A stretch of 64,000 bases of DNA, from positions 189,771,806 to 189,835,805 of the forward strand of contig NC_068981.1 of the NCBI RefSeq assembly GCF_001194135.2, given 5' to 3'. The notes under the pieces are model-generated. The model was not told the origin of the DNA. It made no database searches and saw only the letters and a program-made list of their open reading frames with translations. Position 1 is the stretch's first letter. Each line of letters opens with the position of its first letter. Origin of the DNA: Octopus bimaculoides. Lineage: Eukaryota. The translations under genes and the position numbers were made by a program. Below are positions 38,863 to 51,443 of the stretch, in pieces.

Positions 38863-39222
38863 CCACCTTAACGAAGGCAGAGATATTGTTTTCAGTTGTA
38901 TTTGTTTGTTTGTCTGTGAACAAGATATCTCAAGAACCGCTGGATGGATTCAGATGAAACTTTCAGGGATGTTTGGCCTTGTGATCAGCACAAACTGATT
39001 AGATTTGGGGATTGATCAGGTACCAGACAAGGATTCTGGATTATTTTTCCGTTTTTTTTTTTTTACTTAATTTTTGAGACCGATCAGGTTCATTTTTGGT
39101 ATTCTCGTTTATGAGAGCAGTCAAGTTTATTTCAGATAATCTAATTTTAAACATCATCTCTGACTAATCATTGAGAGGATGTTGGTGCTGCCTTGATGAA
39201 GGTTTGTGCTCTGAGTGCTTGT
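38858..39222 (+). mobile_element. Helentron-associated/DINE-1-like non-autonomous element
   Basis: 5' 'cctccacctttaacgaaggcagag' hairpin/subTIR, (GTTT)n/GTCT tract, 3' 'gccttgatgaaggtttgtgctctgagtgc'. Confidence 0.55.
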
Positions 39223-39777
39223 TATTATTATTGTTATTATTTTTTAGAACATATAAGTAAAAGCTGTGACTATATTGAAGAGATATTAAAATTATGAGCA
39301 CAGAAACAACTTGAGCTGAGTCAACTAGTTTCTTTCCATTCATAAAAATGAATTTTTACCTTTAAATTAACCACCATTTCATATTGTAAAAGCAAAAAGA
39401 TGATGTTACAGACCTGTTCAGGCTCTGAGAAATACACATGAAAGTTTACTTAATGAAGAGTGGATTGTAGACATTATTTAATTCTCTTAATTTTCATTTA
39501 TGTTTCAAAGTCTTTAATTTCAGAAATAAAAGCATTATAACTTTTTGATTACATATCCTATTACAACACAAACATCACCAATGTGATTTTCCAGGAGATG
39601 TTTTTCCTTGCTTCACTGGTCCACTTCATCTATAATTATACAAAATCATTTTTTCTCTCTCTATTTAACAAAAGACTTTCTAAACTACAGGCGAGTAAAT
39701 TTATGGCATTTAAAATCATTGAATACTTATTACCACCATCATATCCTGCTTCACAGACTTCACAGCCAGAGACATTA

Positions 39778-40310
39778 TTCATCATCATCATCATCGTTTA
39801 ACGTCCGCTTTCCATGCTAGCATGGGTTGGACGATTTGACTGAGGACTGGTGAAACCGGATGGTAACACCAGGCTCCAGTCTAATTTGGCAGAGTTTCTA
39901 CAGCTGGATGCCCTTCCTAACGCCAACCACTCAGAGAGTGTAGTGGGTGCTTTTACGTGTCACCCACACGAAAACGGCCACGCTCGAAATNNNNNNNNNN
40001 NNNNNNNNNNNNNNNNNNNNNNNNNNNNNNNNNNNNNNNNNNNNNNNNNNNNNNNNNNNNNNNNNNNNNNNNNNNNNNNNNNNNNNNNNNNNNNNNNNNN
40101 NNNNNNNNNNNNNNNNNNNNNNNNNNNNNNNNNNNNNNNNNNNNNNNNNNNNNNNNNNNNNNNNNNGCCACGCTCAAAATGGTGCATCTCATGTGCCACC
40201 CGCACAAGAACCAGTCCAGGGGCACTGGCAACGGTCTTACTTGGCTTGCCGGGTCTTCTCACGCACAGCACATTTCCAAAGGTCTCGGTCAGTAGTCATT
40301 ATTGTAGTTT
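39778..40310 (-). mobile_element. Young RTE 3' end spanning a 176-N gap (39991-40166)
   Basis: Near-identical to 49050-49320; 'gccacgctc.aaat' on both sides of the gap. Confidence 0.8.
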
Positions 40311-40602
40311 AATTATTGGTTACCAAACATGAAAGATCATCATTTTATTCTCATGACATCTTAAGTCATAAAAATGAAATTATAAGAATTATTAGAATAT
40401 TGTAATGCCATCTATGTCTGCTAATTGTTGGATGGTATTAAAGTGTGCACATCACCAAAAACAGTGTAGTTATAAACAGTGAATCTTGAAATAATCTTAT
40501 GAATATTAATGAGGATTATGAACTAGAAATGGAATTTTTAAAAATTCTCTTCTCATAAATTTTATAAACACAAGTAAATAAACAAGGAAAATATAATAAT
40601 AA

Positions 40603-41294
40603 TGATGAACTCTCATGGCTTCTAACCAAAACTGATTGGAAGCATTAACATGTACATGTTTTGTCTTGGTGTAAAAGATGAGCTACAATAAATATTCTGC
40701 TCAATACCACAGATTAGCTTGTCAGCTGCTTGACCTTAACCAGTTGAGCATGTTTCTTAGTAGCTGACGATGTGTATGCCAGGCAGTGGCTCTCATGGCT
40801 TCTGATCTTAACTGATTGGAAGTGTTATCATGTACATGGGCTACAGCAAATATTCTGCTCAATACCACAGATTTGCTTGTCAGTTGTTTGACCTTAACCA
40901 GTTGAGCATATCCCTTGGTGGCTGATGATATGTGCATCTCTGATCACAAGCAGAAGTAGTGGGGGAGCATCATAGCCATGTGCTGAGAGGAATTTTTTGA
41001 GGTTTGAATAATTCAGCTCGGGAAACATGGGTGTTTCGTTCAACATCCTTAAACAACACTTATTCAAGGACTGTTTGAACATAATGGGCTACTCAGCCTG
41101 AAGAAAATTCTAACTGGACCCCACCTGCAAGGTCATGCACTGTTTATCTTGATATGAGATCACCATGTCACACACATATGGTTGTGATGCATGTGCCTGG
41201 CGTCCCTTTATTAGACGGTTAGTCATGATGGGTATACTGAGCTTCATATATTTTACCCCAGTGTTACTGATGGCATACCCTGCTATCTCACTCA
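40603..41294 (-). mobile_element. Family F: full copy (~40780-41294) plus a truncated 3' copy (~40603-40780)
   Basis: Reverse complement of 57199-57737; begins at (TAA)n 41294-41345. Confidence 0.75.
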
Positions 41295-41296
41295 AT

Positions 41297-41344
<48 letters not shown>

Positions 41345-41345
<1 letters not shown>

Positions 41346-41830
41346 TCTTTCTATTAAAAGCACAAAGCCTGAAATTTTGGGAGTGGGTCTAGTTGATTTT
41401 ATTGACCCCAGTGTGCAATAGGTACTTGTTCTATCAACTCCAAAGGATAAAAGGCAGAGTCAACCTTGGAAGCATTTGAACTTAGAACATAAAGCTGCAA
41501 ATAATACCACTAAGCATATTATCTGATGTGATAAGAATTTTGCCCACTTACCACTTTAATAATAACATTTCAGATTTAGGCACAAGGCTGACAATGTTGA
41601 GGAGAGAGTTTTAATTGATACCATTGACTCCAGTACATGACTGGCATTTTATTTCAAGTCCTGAAAAGATAAAAAACAAAGTTGATCCCATTGAGATTTG
41701 AACTCAGAGTGCAAAGAGTCAGAATGATAACAGTTTCTAATTTAAGCACAAGGCCAGAAACTTTGAGGGGAGATTAGTCAATATCATTGACCCCCTAATC
41801 GCAACTGGTTCTCTGTTTTATTGCTCCTGG
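41345..41830 (-). mobile_element. Three stacked diverged SINE B copies
   Basis: Tail motif 'gcacaa.g' at ~41360, ~41580, ~41748, separated by TAA-rich linkers. Confidence 0.7.
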
Positions 41831-42169
41831 AGGGATGAAGTATTGAGTTGATGTTCAGTGGACTTAAGTCTATTTTCAAGAGTAGAACTTCTTTAAACTT
41901 GGTTGGTGGCTCCCTTCACAGAAAGTTTGAGTCAACTTCTCATCACATCTGTGTTTGTGAGTATAACATTAGATAAAAATTAATTTTGTAAGTGTTAATG
42001 AGACTGAATACTCAAGTGAAAGTCACTCACACAACAAGTGTCCTATTGTAGAGCAAGATGGACTTAGGCCTGATTCAGCAACAACTGAAATGATCAGAAA
42101 GTAGTCTCAAAGTGATAACAGAATTTTCATTAAATGCTAGTTCTAGAGAGAGAGAGCTTGGCAAAATTA

Positions 42170-42203
42170 GATAGATAGATAGATAGATAGATAGGTAGAT
42201 AGG

Positions 42204-42238
<35 letters not shown>

Positions 42239-42260
42239 AGAGAGAGTGAGAGAGAGAGAG
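42170..42260. repeat. (GATA)n plus (GA)n
   Basis: Visible. Confidence 0.95.
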
Positions 42261-43079
42261 AGTTCTTCCTTGTCACAGAACAAAGGGTTTTAGATCAAAA
42301 ACCTTGAATAGTAAGAATATAATGACTATCTCTGTTGGAACTGGAAGAAGTTGTCAGAACAGTAAAGTATGATGAATACAACTACATAGGAGAGAAAATT
42401 GAACAAGAAATAGCAGAAAGATCAATGAATCACAGGAAAAATGAAAATAAGTTTTACATTATAGAAGGAAAAGATATTATAGAAGAGGAAAGGAGCAAAA
42501 GATAGAAGAAGATAACCAGTTTTGAAAGGAATTGAAAAGCTATGATAAGTAATAGCGAAAGTAGATAAATTAGTGAAAATCAAATTTGTGAATATAACAG
42601 ATGTGCAGTCTCTGTTGCTGTAGAAATTCTTAGAGTTAAAAGCAGAGCAGAAAGATGGGTCAAAGACCTCTGGTAGAAAAGGAGACTTACGAATCAAGTT
42701 AGATGAATAAAGATCTTGGTGGGATAAATGCCAACATTAAAAAGAATCCAGTAAAGAAATGACATAAGAGTGAGCTTCAAAGAAAGCATAACATGAGACA
42801 CTTCTGACTTAAAGCATGCAAAATTATACATATGGCAGTTTCCTATTAATTGTATAGAAAATGTGCTACCAGTATGGTTGACAAAAGGAATGACAATGTT
42901 AATAGAGATGACTGAAGAAGATGGAGAAGGCAGTAATTATAGGCCTGTTATGTGCCTGCTATTAATTTGCGAATAGCTAACTGGTCTCGTAGCAATTGAA
43001 TTGCAAAAGATGCAGAAAGAAATCAAGGATGACTGCTGGTCTACTGGATATCAATAGAATGTAACTTTGAAGAGCAGAA

Positions 43080-43260
43080 GGCTGAGAGCTGGCAGAATAG
43101 TTAGCACGTCAAACAAAATATTCAGTGGCATTTCTTCCAGTTAATTCATGTTCTGAGTTCAAATCCCACCAAGGTCAATTTTGCTTTTTATCCCTAAAAT
43201 AAAGTACTAATCAAATATTGGGGTCAATGTAAGTGACTTGTCCCTTTCTTTGTAATTGTT
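43080..43260 (+). mobile_element. SINE B nested in the R4/Dong relic
   Basis: 'gagagctggcagaatagttagcacg...ttctgagttcaaatccc'. Confidence 0.75.
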
Positions 43261-43325
43261 GGTCTTGAAATCTGTAACAGACTGGCATTCAGTTCAGGGG
43301 ATATGTTGTAATCTCAATCCCTTGT

Positions 43326-43708
43326 TGGCACTCCATTGGTTACGACGACGAGGGTTCCAGTTGATCCGATCAACGGAACAGCCTGCTCGTAAAATTAACG
43401 TGCAATTGGCTGAACACTCCACAGACACGTGTACCCTTAACGTAGTTCTTGGGGGAGATTCAGCATGACACAGAGTGTGACAAGGCTGGCCCCTTTGAAA
43501 TACAGGTACAACAGAAACAGGAAGAAAGAGTGAGAGAAAGTTGTGGTGAAAGAGTACAGCAGGGTTCGCCACTACCCCCTGCCGGAGCCTCATGGAGCAT
43601 TAGGTGTTTTCGCTCAATAAACACACACAACGCCCAGTCTGGGAATCAAAACCGCAATCCTACAACTGTGAGTCCGCTACCCTAACCACCAGGCCATTGC
43701 GCCTCCAC
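43326..43708 (-). mobile_element. tRNA-derived SINE D
   Basis: Minus head ggaggcgcaatggcctggtggttaggg...ggttttgattcccagac (A and B boxes); near copy at 47130-47496. Confidence 0.85.
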
Positions 43709-44147
43709 TCTCAATCCCTTATACACTATGGAAACTGCATAACCAGTCTTATGTGTCCTAGGGCTCGAGAAAAGAAAAAATGGGGAAACAAAGAAAAACT
43801 TGACTGTTGGTTGGATAGGCTACAAAACAGTATGTAACATGTACCTCATTATTGGCTTTAGGTGTGCCTGTGGACCTTTGGAGCTCATGAGAAGACAAAC
43901 AGCTTTTTTCTTTCCATTTTGAAAAAAAAATTTTAAATTAAGAAAAAAACCTCATTGTAGGAAGTAGAACTAAGTTGCAGAAGTGACTCAATACAAGATG
44001 TGAAATCTAGAGATGAAGAATATTTCAGGAAGACTTCTTGTCTCCATTACTTTTCATGATTGCAGTGATTCTTTGGATCTCATACTGAGAGAATCTACAC
44101 CTGATTATGAGTTTAAGAAGAGAAAGAAAATAAATAATCTGATATAC

Positions 44148-44528
44148 ACTCTTTTATTCTTTTACTTGTTTCAGATTGTGGCCATGTTGGAGGACCACCT
44201 TTAGTCGAGCAAATCGACCCCAGGACTTATTTTTTGTAAGCCTAGTACTTATTCTATTGCTCTCTTTTGCCGAACCACTAAGTTACAGAGACATAAACAC
44301 ACCAGCATCGGTTGTCAATTGATACTGGGGGGACAAACACAGACACACAAACATATACACACACATAACGGGCTTCTTTAAGCTTCCATCTACTAAATCC
44401 ACTCACAAGGCTTTATTCAGCCTGAGACTATAGTAGAATACACTTGCCCAAGGTACCACGCAGTGGGAATGAACACAGAACCATGTGGTTGGTAAGCAAG
44501 CTTCTTACCACACAGCCGCTCCTGCACT
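44148..44528 (-). mobile_element. SINE A inserted at the RT catalytic motif of the R4/Dong relic
   Basis: Left flank ...CTGATATACAC; right flank (after microsatellite) ATGATCTCAAACTG. Confidence 0.8.
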
Positions 44529-46019
44529 TATATATATATATATATATATATATTTAGCATCCAGTTTGAGGTCACCCATATATATGTGTGTGTGTGTATG
44601 TGTGTGTGTGTGTATGATCTCAAACTGGACACCAAAAATGGCAAATATCTTGATTTGTGTTTTCAAAGAATAAGGTTATGCAGTTTGAGGTGAATAAGTA
44701 TACAGTATTGATTATAAAAGGAAGCTGAAAGATTAAAATTTGATGGAACACAGATACTGCAAGAGGGTATCATCAGATCGATGTAAGAAAATGAGAAATA
44801 CAAGCAGGGTGATAAAATATTGGAAAAGGAAATCAAAGAGAAAGTCTCCAAGGTATACAAGGGATGGGTTAGGAAGATACTTGAGAGAAAACTAAATGGA
44901 AGAAATAACATGAAGGCAACCAATACTCAAACTGTGCCAGTGTTGAAATACTCTGTTCCTTTCCTTTTTGTGAGTAAACAAAGGCAGAACTATAGGAATT
45001 GGACCGAAGAACATTGAAGCTTCTCACAACACACAATGTACATCAATTTAATAGTAATATCAACAAGGAAGTAAAGGTTTGTCAAATGTACAGGACAAAA
45101 AAAGATGCTGTGATTTCAGGTTTGGAAAACTATGTTGTACATAGTGAGGAGAGACTGTTATTTGAGGTTAGAAATATCAAAGAAGTTACTGAAAGTGAAG
45201 GAAGATTTCAAAAATAGAAAGAAGCATGACTAGAGAAAGACAGAATGGAACTACAAGGAAATACTCAGCCAATTCATGCAGCAAACTGAGGAAGCTGGGA
45301 GTGAAGAAAACTGGCTGTGGCTGACAAATGAAAACTTAAGAGAAAGAAAAAAAACTAAATTGCTAATATATCTTCTTAGAATGATTTTATTAATGACAAG
45401 GATTGATAAAACTAAGTCAGACCTCAAACACAGAATATATGGAAAAGTGAAAATTTACTAAGCAAATAAGGTAAGCTAACAGAAAATGACTATAAATGCT
45501 GGCAGGACTGTGTCAGCTAAATGGTGCATTGGAATGATAGATAAATTTGTGGATTTGAAGTGAGAGAAAACTGTGTGAATAAGAGATTATTATGGTGAAT
45601 GATAAGTACAGAATTTTATGCAATTTCTCCTTAGAGACTGACCATACAGTTGATGGAAAGTATGCAAGATATTTTCATGGGAGATAGTGAAAGAATAAAC
45701 ATTGTAATATCATTAATTTTTGCAATCCCGTATGGTAATAGATCAAATATCAAAGAAGCCCAGGAAACTGAAAAATATCAGCATCTAACCAGAGAGATGA
45801 AATAATTGTGGAATATCATGATGATGATGATGATGAACATTTAACATCCACTTTTCTATGCTTGCATTACTCAGACAGAATTTATGGATGGATACCTCTC
45901 CCGTCACCAACCCTCACTTGTTTCCAAGTGAAGTAATATTTCTTATGATTGGCATGGAAGACTGAAAATGAACAACGTTGCTTGTATGACAGTAATGCTC
46001 TTTCATAATCATCACATGA

Positions 46020-46290
46020 TGTCAAGACAATGATAAACATAGGAAGACATGGGATGAGGTAGTGAAGCATGACTTTCGAATGTTGGGCCTCACAGAGGCA
46101 ATGACAGAAGACCGAGACCTTTGGAGATATGCTGTGATTGAGAAGACCTGACAACTAAAGTAAGATCGCAGCCATGGCTGATGCCAGTGTTGCATGTCCA
46201 GCCCATTTAAAAGTACCCTTAATGCATCAGGCGATATGAAAACCAAAATCGTAGCTGTGGTCAGTGCCCCCTGACTGGCTCCTGGAATTG
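46020..46290 (+). mobile_element. RTE ORF2 C-terminus plus start of 3' UTR
   Basis: RKTWDEVVKHDFRMLGLTEAMTEDRDLWRYAVIEKT*. Confidence 0.8.
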
Positions 46291-47129
46291 AAACCTCAAT
46301 CTTATGAGTTCAATACCCTAGCCACTAAGCTATGTGCCTCCATTGTCACACCAAGTGCATGAGGAAATTTGATAAATATTCAACTTAAAGTTGTGTTTGA
46401 CAATTTTTTTGCTTGCTTTACACATTGTTAAAATATTGCTTTCACCTTGACTAGAAAAAAGGAGGGAAGTTACCTTTTATAGAAATCTGTCAGGTATATA
46501 GTATCAACATCTACTTTAATCACAGAATTAACTTCTACTTTTAAGGAAAAAGTTACAAAATGTACAAGCTCTTTTTCATGATATTAAAAATTTATACTTT
46601 ATCTTTGAGTTCTCAAAGAATTTTGCCATTAAACAACTACTGGATATCTGTATGAAGAAGAAAATTTTTATGCTGAAAGAAGATAAAGTTACGGTACAGT
46701 ATTACCATAACATAGTTTATAAATTTATGGCTTCGTACTTTATTCAGTATACTGTCACAGCATTGTTTTTACATGCACAGAATCATACATTTCCCCCTAC
46801 AAAACCACTTAAAATATTGTTCAATGAGTATCTGATGAAACATACTAAATAAGTATTTTTTACTAAGTATATTTGTAAAATAAGAGTGTCTTACATGCTG
46901 TCAAATATGATACATCAATTTTTTCCTTAGACTTTAATTAAATTTTTAACCTAAAATATTATTCAAAGATAAACGTCAGAATAGGTTAAAATAATTTATT
47001 ATTTAGTCATTAAAAAAAAAAAAATTCATATTTTTTATCTTTTCTATAAAAAAAAGCCCCATTATTATTCAAACACATATCAAAATTTCAGTATATATAT
47101 CATATATATAACTATTCTGCTATATGTAT

Positions 47130-47496
47130 GGTCAACACTCCGTCGGTTGTGTTACGACGGCGAGTGTTCCAGTTGATCCGATCAACGGAACAGCCTGCTC
47201 GTGAAATTAACGTGCAAATGGCTGAGCACACCACAGACACATGTACCCTTAATGTAGTTCTCGGAGAGATTCAGCATGACATAATGTGTGACAAGGCTGG
47301 CCCCTTTGAAATACAGGTACAACAGAGACAGGAAGAAAGAGTGCAGCAGGGTTCACCACCATCCCCTGCCGGAGCCTCGTGGAGCTTTTAGGTGTTTTCA
47401 CTCAATAAACACTCACAACGCCCGGTCTGGGAATCGAAACCGCAATCCTAAGACCACGAGTCTGCTGCCCTAACCACTGGGCCATTGCGCCTCTAC
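47130..47496 (-). mobile_element. SINE D copy
   Basis: Matches 43326-43708. Confidence 0.85.
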
Positions 47497-47519
47497 TGTA
47501 TGATCAACATTTTTTTTAA

Positions 47520-47836
47520 GCCAGGTATTTATGCTATTGGTCTCTTTTGCTGAACTTCTAAGTTACGGGGACATAAACACTCCAATACCAGTTGTCAAGT
47601 GATGGTGGTGGACAAACACACACACACACACAAACGTGTATGTGTGTGCGCGCGCGCGCACACACATATAACAGGCTTCTTTTAGTTTCCGCCTACCAAA
47701 TCAAATCCACTCACAAGGCTTTGGTTGGTCTTCTACTATAATAGAAGACACTTGCCCAAGTTGCTGCAGGGGGACTGAACCCTGAATCATGAAGTTGGGA
47801 AGCAAGCGTCTTACCACACAGCCATGCCTGCACCTG
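47520..47836 (-). mobile_element. SINE A copy (3'-truncated)
   Basis: Matches family A. Confidence 0.8.
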
Positions 47837-48878
47837 TATTTAATTTATACAAATATAATTAACATAATTAATGTGTTGGCATAAGCAATTGAATAAAATA
47901 TTTTCCAAGACTTGTAGCTTTGCAATGTTGCTCAATATGTTTGTAAATATATTTGCAGATTCCATTCTGTGCTTGCTCTTGTGAGCCTTGCGTATCCCTG
48001 TGGGTTCCTTAATGCATCCTTGGGTATGCACACACCTTACTTTTGAAGCTTCTTACAAGAATTTATAGGAAAAATATTTACAAAATGTTTGCATAGAAAA
48101 TTTTTTAAAAAAATGTATTTTATCATTTGATAACCAGTTGCTTCTTGGTTTTATAAAGTTATGGAGGTTTTAGAATATGAAAAAAAAACCCAACCCCACT
48201 TATACCCAAGATAGGTGGAATAGTAGTACTACTACATTATTGTTGTATAAATTCTATATGTTTAGTAGTTTTGAAGGGGAAAAAATTATTACTCTCTAAA
48301 ATTTCCAAATCTCAACTGACAAATTTCAATAAAATATAGTATCACTCTCACAACATTGAATTTATATATATATATAAAAAAAAATTTAAATCAAAGAAAA
48401 GAAACTTAGTTTCCAAACAAAATTATACATTGATAATACTAATACCATATTTATGTAACAAAACAAAATGAAAATATAGTCAAAAACTACCAACCGTTAG
48501 GGTTGGGGTTAGGGTTAAAATACCTCATTTGTTTTAAGATTAAATACATGTAAGTGATGCTGAGAAGTGTGTCACTTGTGCTGCATGAATCATCTGAAAC
48601 ATTTTAATTTCATTCCATATCAGATGACTTAACCTGTTCCTTAATCCCTGACATATTCAGTAAATTTTGAATAAAATAAACAAAACAAAACAAAAAAAAA
48701 CTAGAATAAAGAGGGAAGATCTGAATGTTAAGGATCTGTGAACATAAAACTCCGAAAGGAACAACCTTATAAAAAAATTCTAAGAATCCTTTCTATTATA
48801 GGCACAAGGTCTGAAATTTTGTGAGCGGGGACAAGTCGATTACATCGACCCACCCCCCAGAATTTTACTGGTACTTAA

Positions 48879-49040
48879 CCCATATATACTCCTGGTTGCA
48901 TTTTCGCAACACAAAACCTGTTCCTACTTGTTTGGACATAAATGTGCCGAGAAGCATCTGACTGAACATATGAAATGTTCAGTAGGTAGTCGACACCTGT
49001 AGCTAACAGTTGCATACTGTCCTTCTCTTCCAGATTGTGA
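48879..49040 (+). mobile_element. Possible piggyBac-like terminus cutting off a SINE B (48785-48878) at TTAA
   Basis: ggtacTTAA|CCCatatatactcctggttgcattttcgcaac; the SINE consensus normally continues ttaatttatcg. Confidence 0.45.
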
Positions 49041-49049
49041 AAGCTTACA

Positions 49050-49320
49050 TCATCATCATCGTTTAACGTCCGCTTTCCATGCTAGCATAGGTTGGACGAT
49101 TTGACTGAGGACTGGCGAACCAGATGGCTGCACCAGGCTCCAATCTGATTTGGCAGAGTTTCTACAGCTGGATGCCATTCCTAACGCCAACCACTCCGAG
49201 AGTGTAGTGGATGCTTTTACGTGCCACCGGCATGAAGGCCAGTCAGGTGGTACTGGCAACGGCCACGCTCAAAATGGTGTATTTTATGTGCCACCTGCAC
49301 AAGGGCCAGTCCAGGGGCCA
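49050..49320 (-). mobile_element. Young RTE 3' end
   Basis: Near-identical to 12140-12352 and 39778-39960. Confidence 0.85.
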
Positions 49321-49399
49321 TAATGTTTAATCTAAATACAGTGAAATTTTAAGACTTCATTTCTTTTTTTTTTTTTATGGGCATCTACATCTTGACCTG

Positions 49400-49700
49400 G
49401 AGAACTAGAATAAACAGGATGGGATTGAGAACCAAACTCTAGTGATACTTACCTGTATGTTAAAAAGTCTCTCACTGAGCTCATTGTTGCCAACACCCTT
49501 GGCTCTTATACCATATTTCTTTACCTCCAATTTTATAAGCAATCATCAGACAACAGATCATGGCACCTAGTCAACATTTTTCTCAAAGCTGACAAATGCT
49601 AGATATAGTGATTCAGTCTCAATTAAGAATTTCCTGTATTTACCTCACTAAGAAAAAGATACCAATAGTCTCACATTCAGGAACAAACCAAAACTGCAAA
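49400..49700 (-). mobile_element. RTE RT remnant
   Basis: YLAFVSFEKNVD*VP (~LAFVDLEKAFDRVP). Confidence 0.6.
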
Positions 49701-50284
49701 AATCTAGACTAAGTTCTCTGCCTGATAACCTTTGTTTTTGCTCTATACATTACTTTCAGATCTTGGTCCATCAGTTTAATGCTTCAGTAGTTATTTCTTT
49801 AATAAGCATCTCCTTTTTTCTTACACCATATTCTGTTGTATATGATTATGCTCGAGTGATGATTATGTCACAATATTACATTTATTTTCATTTATTAGAA
49901 CAATAATGTGCAGCTTCTGAAACGTTTACTTGCCCACAACCCAAGTAATGATGCTCCTTTCTACAACTTTTTCTCTTTCTACCTCTTTGTGACACTCAGG
50001 CATAAAACAAAAGCCAGAAAATTTAGATTTTTCACACCATGCAACAGCTGAATGTACCAAACTCTTCTATGCATTTACTTTTACTTATATAACATTTACT
50101 TATATAAAAATAGTGTCAAAATACTTGTTCAATAACTCGATATATTAAAAGCATGTTAACTCCAGTTTAGAAACTAATAGTCTGCATCAGGATAAAAAGA
50201 GAAGCTTTCAGTTTCTATTTCATGTCTAAAGTTACTAAAATACAATTTGTTTGCATTAGGCTGAAAAAGTATTTTCATTTAGGC

Positions 50285-50842
50285 CAGTGGTTCTCAACCA
50301 TCTTTTATCTAGGGACCATAGATAAAATGATTCCTATTTTACCCAGGGGGTCTTTCATTGCCGTTTGATGTTTAAAAAAAAATCCTATTATATTTTTATT
50401 ATCAAATATTCTTGTTGTCTTGTTGGTTTGTGTGGATGGATGGAGTGAGGAAAGCTTTGGTGGTTAGAGATGTTGGAGTGAAAGAGGCAAGAGAGTTTAT
50501 TAATGATAGGAAAGCTTGGAGTGTTTGTTTGATGGTTGAGTGAATTAATGTTGCTTGAAGGGGTAAGGAAACAGCATGATGCAGCGGAGGTAAACCAGCT
50601 GTCAGGCCCTGCTGCTGATACTGGGGATTGCCCTCTATGCCTTGACCTGAGCATAGGATGGGGCTTGCCTCTTTGATCTGGGAAATGAATGGAATGCTTG
50701 ATGAGTGTCTTGTTGTGGCTGCCCCCTCCTATGGGGAATAGGCCTTGGTAAATAAAAACAAATAAATTAGTTAAATATTATTAAGAATTGTATTAAAAAA
50801 ATATCAACTAAGTCTTGCATGGGCCCCAACTGAAAACCACCG
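50285..50842. mobile_element. hAT-type MITE carrying an inserted retroelement 3' end (~50410-50760)
   Basis: TIR cagtggttctcaac / aactgaaaaccaccg; 8-bp TSD atttaggc / atttagac. Confidence 0.75.
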
Positions 50843-51061
50843 ATTTAGACTTTTAGAACAATTTTTTTGTGTCTATGAAAAAAGAATGATCGAATGTCTA
50901 CGCACTAAAGATTATATGTTTTGAGACTGGAATATTTTAATTTCCCATGATTGTATTCAACTGGTAAAGTTGAAACAGTTTCTAGAAGCTAACTCAAGTT
51001 CAATCAAACAAATAAGTGATGATGACGATGATGATGATGATGATCTTGATAAGGAACTGTA

Positions 51062-51276
51062 TATCTTTTATCTTTTACTTGTTTCACTGCAACCATGCTG
51101 GGGCAGAGCCTTGAGGAATTTTTATATGTAAGAATTAACCCCAGTACTTTTCTTAAAGCCTGGTACATATTCTATCAATCTTTTTTGCTGAACCACTAAG
51201 TTACAGGGATGTAAACATACAAACACTAGTTGTCAAGGTGGTGGGGAACAAACACAGATGCAAAGACACACATACG

Positions 51277-51340
<64 letters not shown>

Positions 51341-51443
51341 ACAGATTTCTTTCAGTTTCTGTCTACTAAATCCATTCACAAGGCTTTGGTTGGCCTGAGG
51401 CTATAATAGAAGAAACTTGCCAAGGTGCCATGCAGTGGGACTG
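51062..51443 (-). mobile_element. SINE A copy with internal (TA)n
   Basis: Matches family A. Confidence 0.85.

Larger units (their letters stand above)
42300..45810 (+). mobile_element. Fragmented R4/Dong-like LINE (RT plus restriction-like endonuclease) interrupted by three SINEs
   Basis: LPVWLTKGMTMLI..SNYRPVMCL (~42870), KKNLTVGWIGYK (~43790), RIFQEDFLSPLLFMIAV (~44020), NNLIY|DLKL, KILERKLNGRNNMKATNT..VPVLKYS (~44880), NDKYRILCNFSLETDH and FAIPY..EKYQHL (~45600-45790). The 5' boundary is uncertain. Confidence 0.8.

Noticed and set aside
43640-43708. tRNA gene
   Set aside because: The A/B boxes are the head of SINE D, followed by a long shared body; no complete cloverleaf is seen. The same applies to the SINE A and B heads.
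48497-48516. Telomere-like ttaggg motifs
   Set aside because: Only about three imperfect units; insufficient for an interstitial telomere call.
49445-49560. Strong minus-strand donor AG|gtaagt
   Set aside because: The upstream sequence is a stop-riddled RTE RT remnant.
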